A program made the translations under genes and the position numbers. Positions 50,343 to 54,035 of a stretch of 54,035 nucleotides of DNA are shown here, piece by piece (position 1 is the first letter of the stretch; every line of letters starts with the position of its first letter). The stretch comes from Prorocentrum cordatum (Eukaryota). The notes beneath the pieces were generated by a model. That model made no database searches. It was not told where the DNA came from and saw nothing but the letters and a program-made list of their open reading frames with translations. The DNA is taken from positions 62,001-116,035 of the forward strand of contig CAUYUJ010000271.1 of NCBI GenBank assembly GCA_963575745.1. Reading direction: 5' to 3'.

Positions 50343-50434
50343 TCTACAGCTTCCGCCGGGGAAGAGGTGACAACTCGTCCGATCCTCGGAAGCGAGGCTC
50401 TTCCTCGAGCGACCCATACGACGCAATGGTGCAT

Positions 50435-51000
50435 CCACTGGGGAAACTGACGACGAGGTGGCTTGCGGGGTGCTTCGCGCAACCTTTGCCCCATCCGACG
50501 GCACAAGGGCATACCCACTGAGGCAACGCACGGCTTGGCCTGCACACTGCTACACCCTCTGAGGCAACGGAGGATTTGGTGGCTCACGGGGTGCTTGGCC
50601 CCAAATCTAGTAAAGCCTATGGCGCAATGGGGAACCCACTAAGACAACCGACGATTCGGTGGCTTGCGGGGTGCCTGGCGCAACCTATGCGGCAATCTAT
50701 GGCGCAATTGTGCTCTTACTGAGGCGCCGGACGATTTAGTGGGCACAGTTGTACACCATCTGAGGCAACGGGCAATTTCGCTGTTTGCGAGGTACTCAGG
50801 GCAACCTGTATCACAACCTATGGTGCAATGCTACGCCCACTTGCTGGATTGCGGGGTGCCTGGTGCAATCTATAGCGCAACCTATTGCCCAACGTATGGT
50901 GTAGTTGTACTTCCACCGGGGCAACGGACGATGAGATCGCTGGCGGGGTACGTAGCGCAAGATAGTGCGCAACCGATGGCGCAACGCATGGCGCAATGAT
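50435..51000. repeat. Degenerate tandem repeat with ~80-bp and ~42-bp units
   Basis: ccactgaggcaacggacga-like heads at ~50436, 50515, 50557, 50636, 50716, 50757, 50838 and 50913. Confidence 0.8.
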
Positions 51001-51211
51001 GCCCGCACGAGGAAATGGAGGATGTTGTGGCTTACGAGGTGCCTGTCCAAATCTATGCATGGCATATCACATGATACAACCTTTGGCGCATTCCATGGCA
51101 CTTACTGTTTACGGCCTCTTGGCAGGGGAAAGTTTCGTCTTCTAGGAGCCAGAAGAAATATCTCACCTTGTACACTACTGGCAAGAGCTCGCCGCCCTCT
51201 CTGGTAGGGTC

Positions 51212-51359
51212 CTTGGCAGAGTCTACGGCCGCCGTGTAGGCGAGGCTGCGGTCCAAGGTGCACATGGTGAGGCCGGGCCAACACACGGACTGCCCCGGGC
51301 GCTTCTGGAAGAGCCTCGCGAGCTCATCCCTGCTGTGAGCGCACCCTCGATACAGCGTC
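51212..51359 (-). CDS. Exon of a putative ADP-ribosyltransferase: TLYRG...GQSVCWPGLTMCTLDRSLA (R motif and variant STS motif)
   Basis: Matches the ARTC pattern LYRG...G..V.W..FTSTS.D...A; acceptor gcgAG|G, donor AAG|ga; 148 nt. Confidence 0.7.
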
Positions 51360-51767
51360 CTCGCCAGAGTTGCAGAATGCACATTCCCTACTTATCATGC
51401 TTCCCTCCTTGTCTTTCCTTTCTTTTGGTTTTTCCGCTGCTGCCCTGGAAGCCAGTGCGCAGCGGACGAAGGTTTCCAGAGTTCTGATCGGCGGCGGGCG
51501 AGGGGGGAAATCAGAAGGAGAAAGCCCTCTCGGAACGCGGCGAGACTTCTGTGTGTGTGTGCGGGAAAGGCTTATTAGCAAACTCCTCAGACGTCCGGGG
51601 GAAGTCCGCGCCTTCTGAGACAACTCGCCCTTTCTCACTTCCCCCCCTCGCTCGCCGCCGAAGTGAGACGTTCGGAGGTGCGAGCGGAGCTTTCGGGTCG
51701 GCGTTGGGCCCCCCTCCCAACACCCCTGGGGCGCCCCACACACTGCCCCTCGGCGCGCTCCGCGCGC

Positions 51768-51838
51768 CAAGGAAGAGGTGTGGGGTTGGGAGTCCACCGC
51801 CGACCCGGGAAACACTCGCGGACCTCCGAAATCCATGC
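51768..51838 (-). CDS. Candidate upstream exon of the ART gene (AWISEVRECFPGRRWTPNPTPLP-W)
   Basis: Acceptor tgAG|G, donor TG|gc; its phase-2 end fits the phase-2 start of the LYRG exon. Confidence 0.45.
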
Positions 51839-51859
51839 CTCATGCAATGCTTTCTGGTT

Positions 51860-53158
51860 GTGCGTGTGTGTGAAAGTGCGTGAATGTGTGTGAATGTGTG
51901 CGAATGTGCGTGAATGCGTGTGTGAATGTGTGCGACTGTGCGTGAACGTGTGTGAAGGTGTGTGAATGTGTGTGAATGTGTGTGAATGTGTGAATGTGTG
52001 TGAATGTGTGTGTGTGAATGTGTGTGAATGTGTGTGAATGTGTCCGAATGTGTGTGAATGTGTGTGTGAATGTGTGTGAATGTGTGTGAATGTGTGTGAA
52101 TGTGTGTGAATGTGTGCGAATGTGTCTGAATGTGTGTGAATGTGTGTGTAAATGTGTGTGAATGTGTGTCTGTGAATGTGTGTGTGTGCGAATGTGTGTG
52201 AATGTGTGTGTGTGAATGTGTGTGTGAATGTGTGTGAATGTGTGTGAATGTGCGTGAATGGGTGTGTGAATGTGCGTGAACGTGTGTGTGTGTGTGTGTG
52301 AATGTGTGTGTCCATGTGTGTGCGAATGTGTGTGAATGTGTGCGTGTGTGAATGTGTGTGACTGTGTGTGTGTGAACGTGTGTGAATGTGTGAATGTGTG
52401 TGAATGTGTGTGAATGTGTGCGTGAATGTGTGTTTCCATGTGTGTGAATGTGTGTGTGAATGTGTGTGAATGTGTGTGTGAATGTGTGCGTGTGAATGTG
52501 TGTGTGAATGTCTGTGTGAATGTGTGTGGATGTGTGCGAATGTGTGTGAATGTGTGTGTGAGCGTGTGTGTGAATGTGTGTGTGAATCTGTGTGTGAATA
52601 TGTGTGAATGTGTGTGTGAATGTGTGTGTGAATGTGTGTGAATGTGTGTGAATGTGTGTGTGAATGTGTGTGAATGTGTGTGTGAATGTGTGTGTGTGAA
52701 TGTGTGTGTGAATGTGTGTGAATGTGTGTGAATGTGTGTGAATGTGTGAATGTGTGTGGATGCGTGTGAATGTATGTGAATGTGTGTGGATGTTTGTGTG
52801 AATGTGTGTGAATGCGTGTGAATGTGTGTGAATGTGTGTGAATGTGTGTGAATGTTTGTGTTTGTGTGTGAATGTGTGTGTGGATGTGTGTGAATGTGTG
52901 TGGCTGTGTGTGAATGTGCATGTGTGTGAATGTGTGTGAATGAATGTGCAATTCAGGCTTCGCGCGGCCCGCTTAGTCTCGACAGGAAGAGGTGCGCTCT
53001 CGACCCGCGAATCAAAAAAATGTGTATGAATGAATGTGTGTGAATGTGTGTGAATGTGTGTGAATGTGTGTGTGAATGTGTGTGAATGTGTGTGTGAGTG
53101 TGTCTGTGAATGTGTGAATGTGTGTGTACGTGTGTGTATGTGTGTATGTGTGTGTGGG

Positions 53159-53190
<32 letters not shown>

Positions 53191-53639
53191 TGGGTGTGTG
53201 CGTGTGCGCGGGTGTGCGTGGGTGTGCGTGGGTGTGCGTGGGTGTGCGTGGGTGTGCGTGGGTGTGCGTGGGTGTGCGTGGGTGTGCGTGGGTGTGGGTG
53301 TGGGTGTGTGTGGGCGTGTGTGTGTGTGTGTGTGGGTGTGTGTGGGTGTGTTTGGATGTGTGTGGGTGTGTGTGGGTGTGTGTGAGTGTGTGTTGGTGTG
53401 TGTGGGTGTGTGTGTGTGGGTGCGTGTGGGTGTGTGTGTTGTGTGTGTGTGTTGTGTGTGTTGTGTGTGCGTTGTGTGTTTTGTGTGTGTTTTGTGTTGT
53501 GTGTTGTGTGTGTGTGCGTTGTGTGCGTTGTGTGAGTGTGAGTGTGAGTGTGCGTGTGCGTGTGTGTGTGTGCGTGTGCGTGTGCGTGTGCGTGTGCGTG
53601 TGCGTGTGCGTGTGCGTGTTCGTGTGCGCGTGCGCGTGC

Positions 53640-53670
<31 letters not shown>

Positions 53671-53704
53671 CGTGGGTGCGTGCGTGCGTGCGTGCGTGCG
53701 TGTG

Positions 53705-53735
<31 letters not shown>

Positions 53736-54035
53736 ATGCGTGCCTGCCTGCCTGCCTGCGTGCCTGCGTGCGTGCGTGCGTGCGTGGGCGTGGGCGGGCG
53801 GGCGGGTGGTGGTGCGGGCGGGCGGGCGTGCGCGTGCGGGTGCGGGTGCGGGTGCGGGTGCGGGTGCGGGTGCGGGTGCGGGTGCGGGTGCGGGTGCGCG
53901 TGCAGGTGCGGGTGCGGGTGCGGGTGTAGGTGTAGGTAGGTGTAGGTGTGTGTAGGTGTGTGTAGGTGTGTGTAGGTGTGTGGAGGTGTGTGTGAGTGTG
54001 TGTGTGCGTGTGTGTGTGCGTGTGTGTGCGTGTGC
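51860..54035. repeat. Compound GT-rich satellite: (GTGAATGTGT)n to ~53125, then (GCGT)n, (GGGTGTGCGT)n, (GCGGGT)n, (GTAGGTGTGT)n
   Basis: Direct reading; interrupted by a unique ~65-bp island at 52950-53015. Confidence 0.95.

Noticed and set aside
51635..53955. Long His/Thr- or Cys/Val-rich ORFs
   Set aside because: Translations of GT satellite; only the part at 51768-51838 looks exonic.
53100..54035. GT-rich window end as a telomere
   Set aside because: No TTTAGGG/TTAGGG units; a mixed dinucleotide-derived satellite.

Overview
Eukaryotic, GC-rich, repeat-saturated genomic DNA. The style suggests a dinoflagellate such as Prorocentrum (inference): GGA/CCT, CAT, AAC, TAGCA, TACA and GTGAAT microsatellites, decayed LINEs, and AG|G acceptors with GT/GC/GA donors. 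Nearly all long ORFs in the track are translations of simple repeats. The real coding signal is short minus-strand exons buried in repeat-filled introns. (1) At ~47-52 kb, exons carry the motifs of an R-S-E clade (ARTC-like) ADP-ribosyltransferase: LYRG, WPGLTMCT in place of STS, and FSDFPEQHEV with Q-x-E. (2) At 0.07-23.3 kb, a phase-consistent chain of about 10 micro-exons encodes an unrecognised protein. Also present: an intronless acyltransferase-3 pseudogene, several decayed LINE reverse-transcriptase fragments, and many inverted-repeat elements. These include MITEs (one with a 9-bp TSD, one with a paralogous empty site), a 1.8-kb foldback element, and a 2.9-kb inverted-repeat-bounded insert that encloses a candidate exon. 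No rRNA, tRNA or CRISPR array was recognised. All exon models were read by eye and need transcript confirmation.
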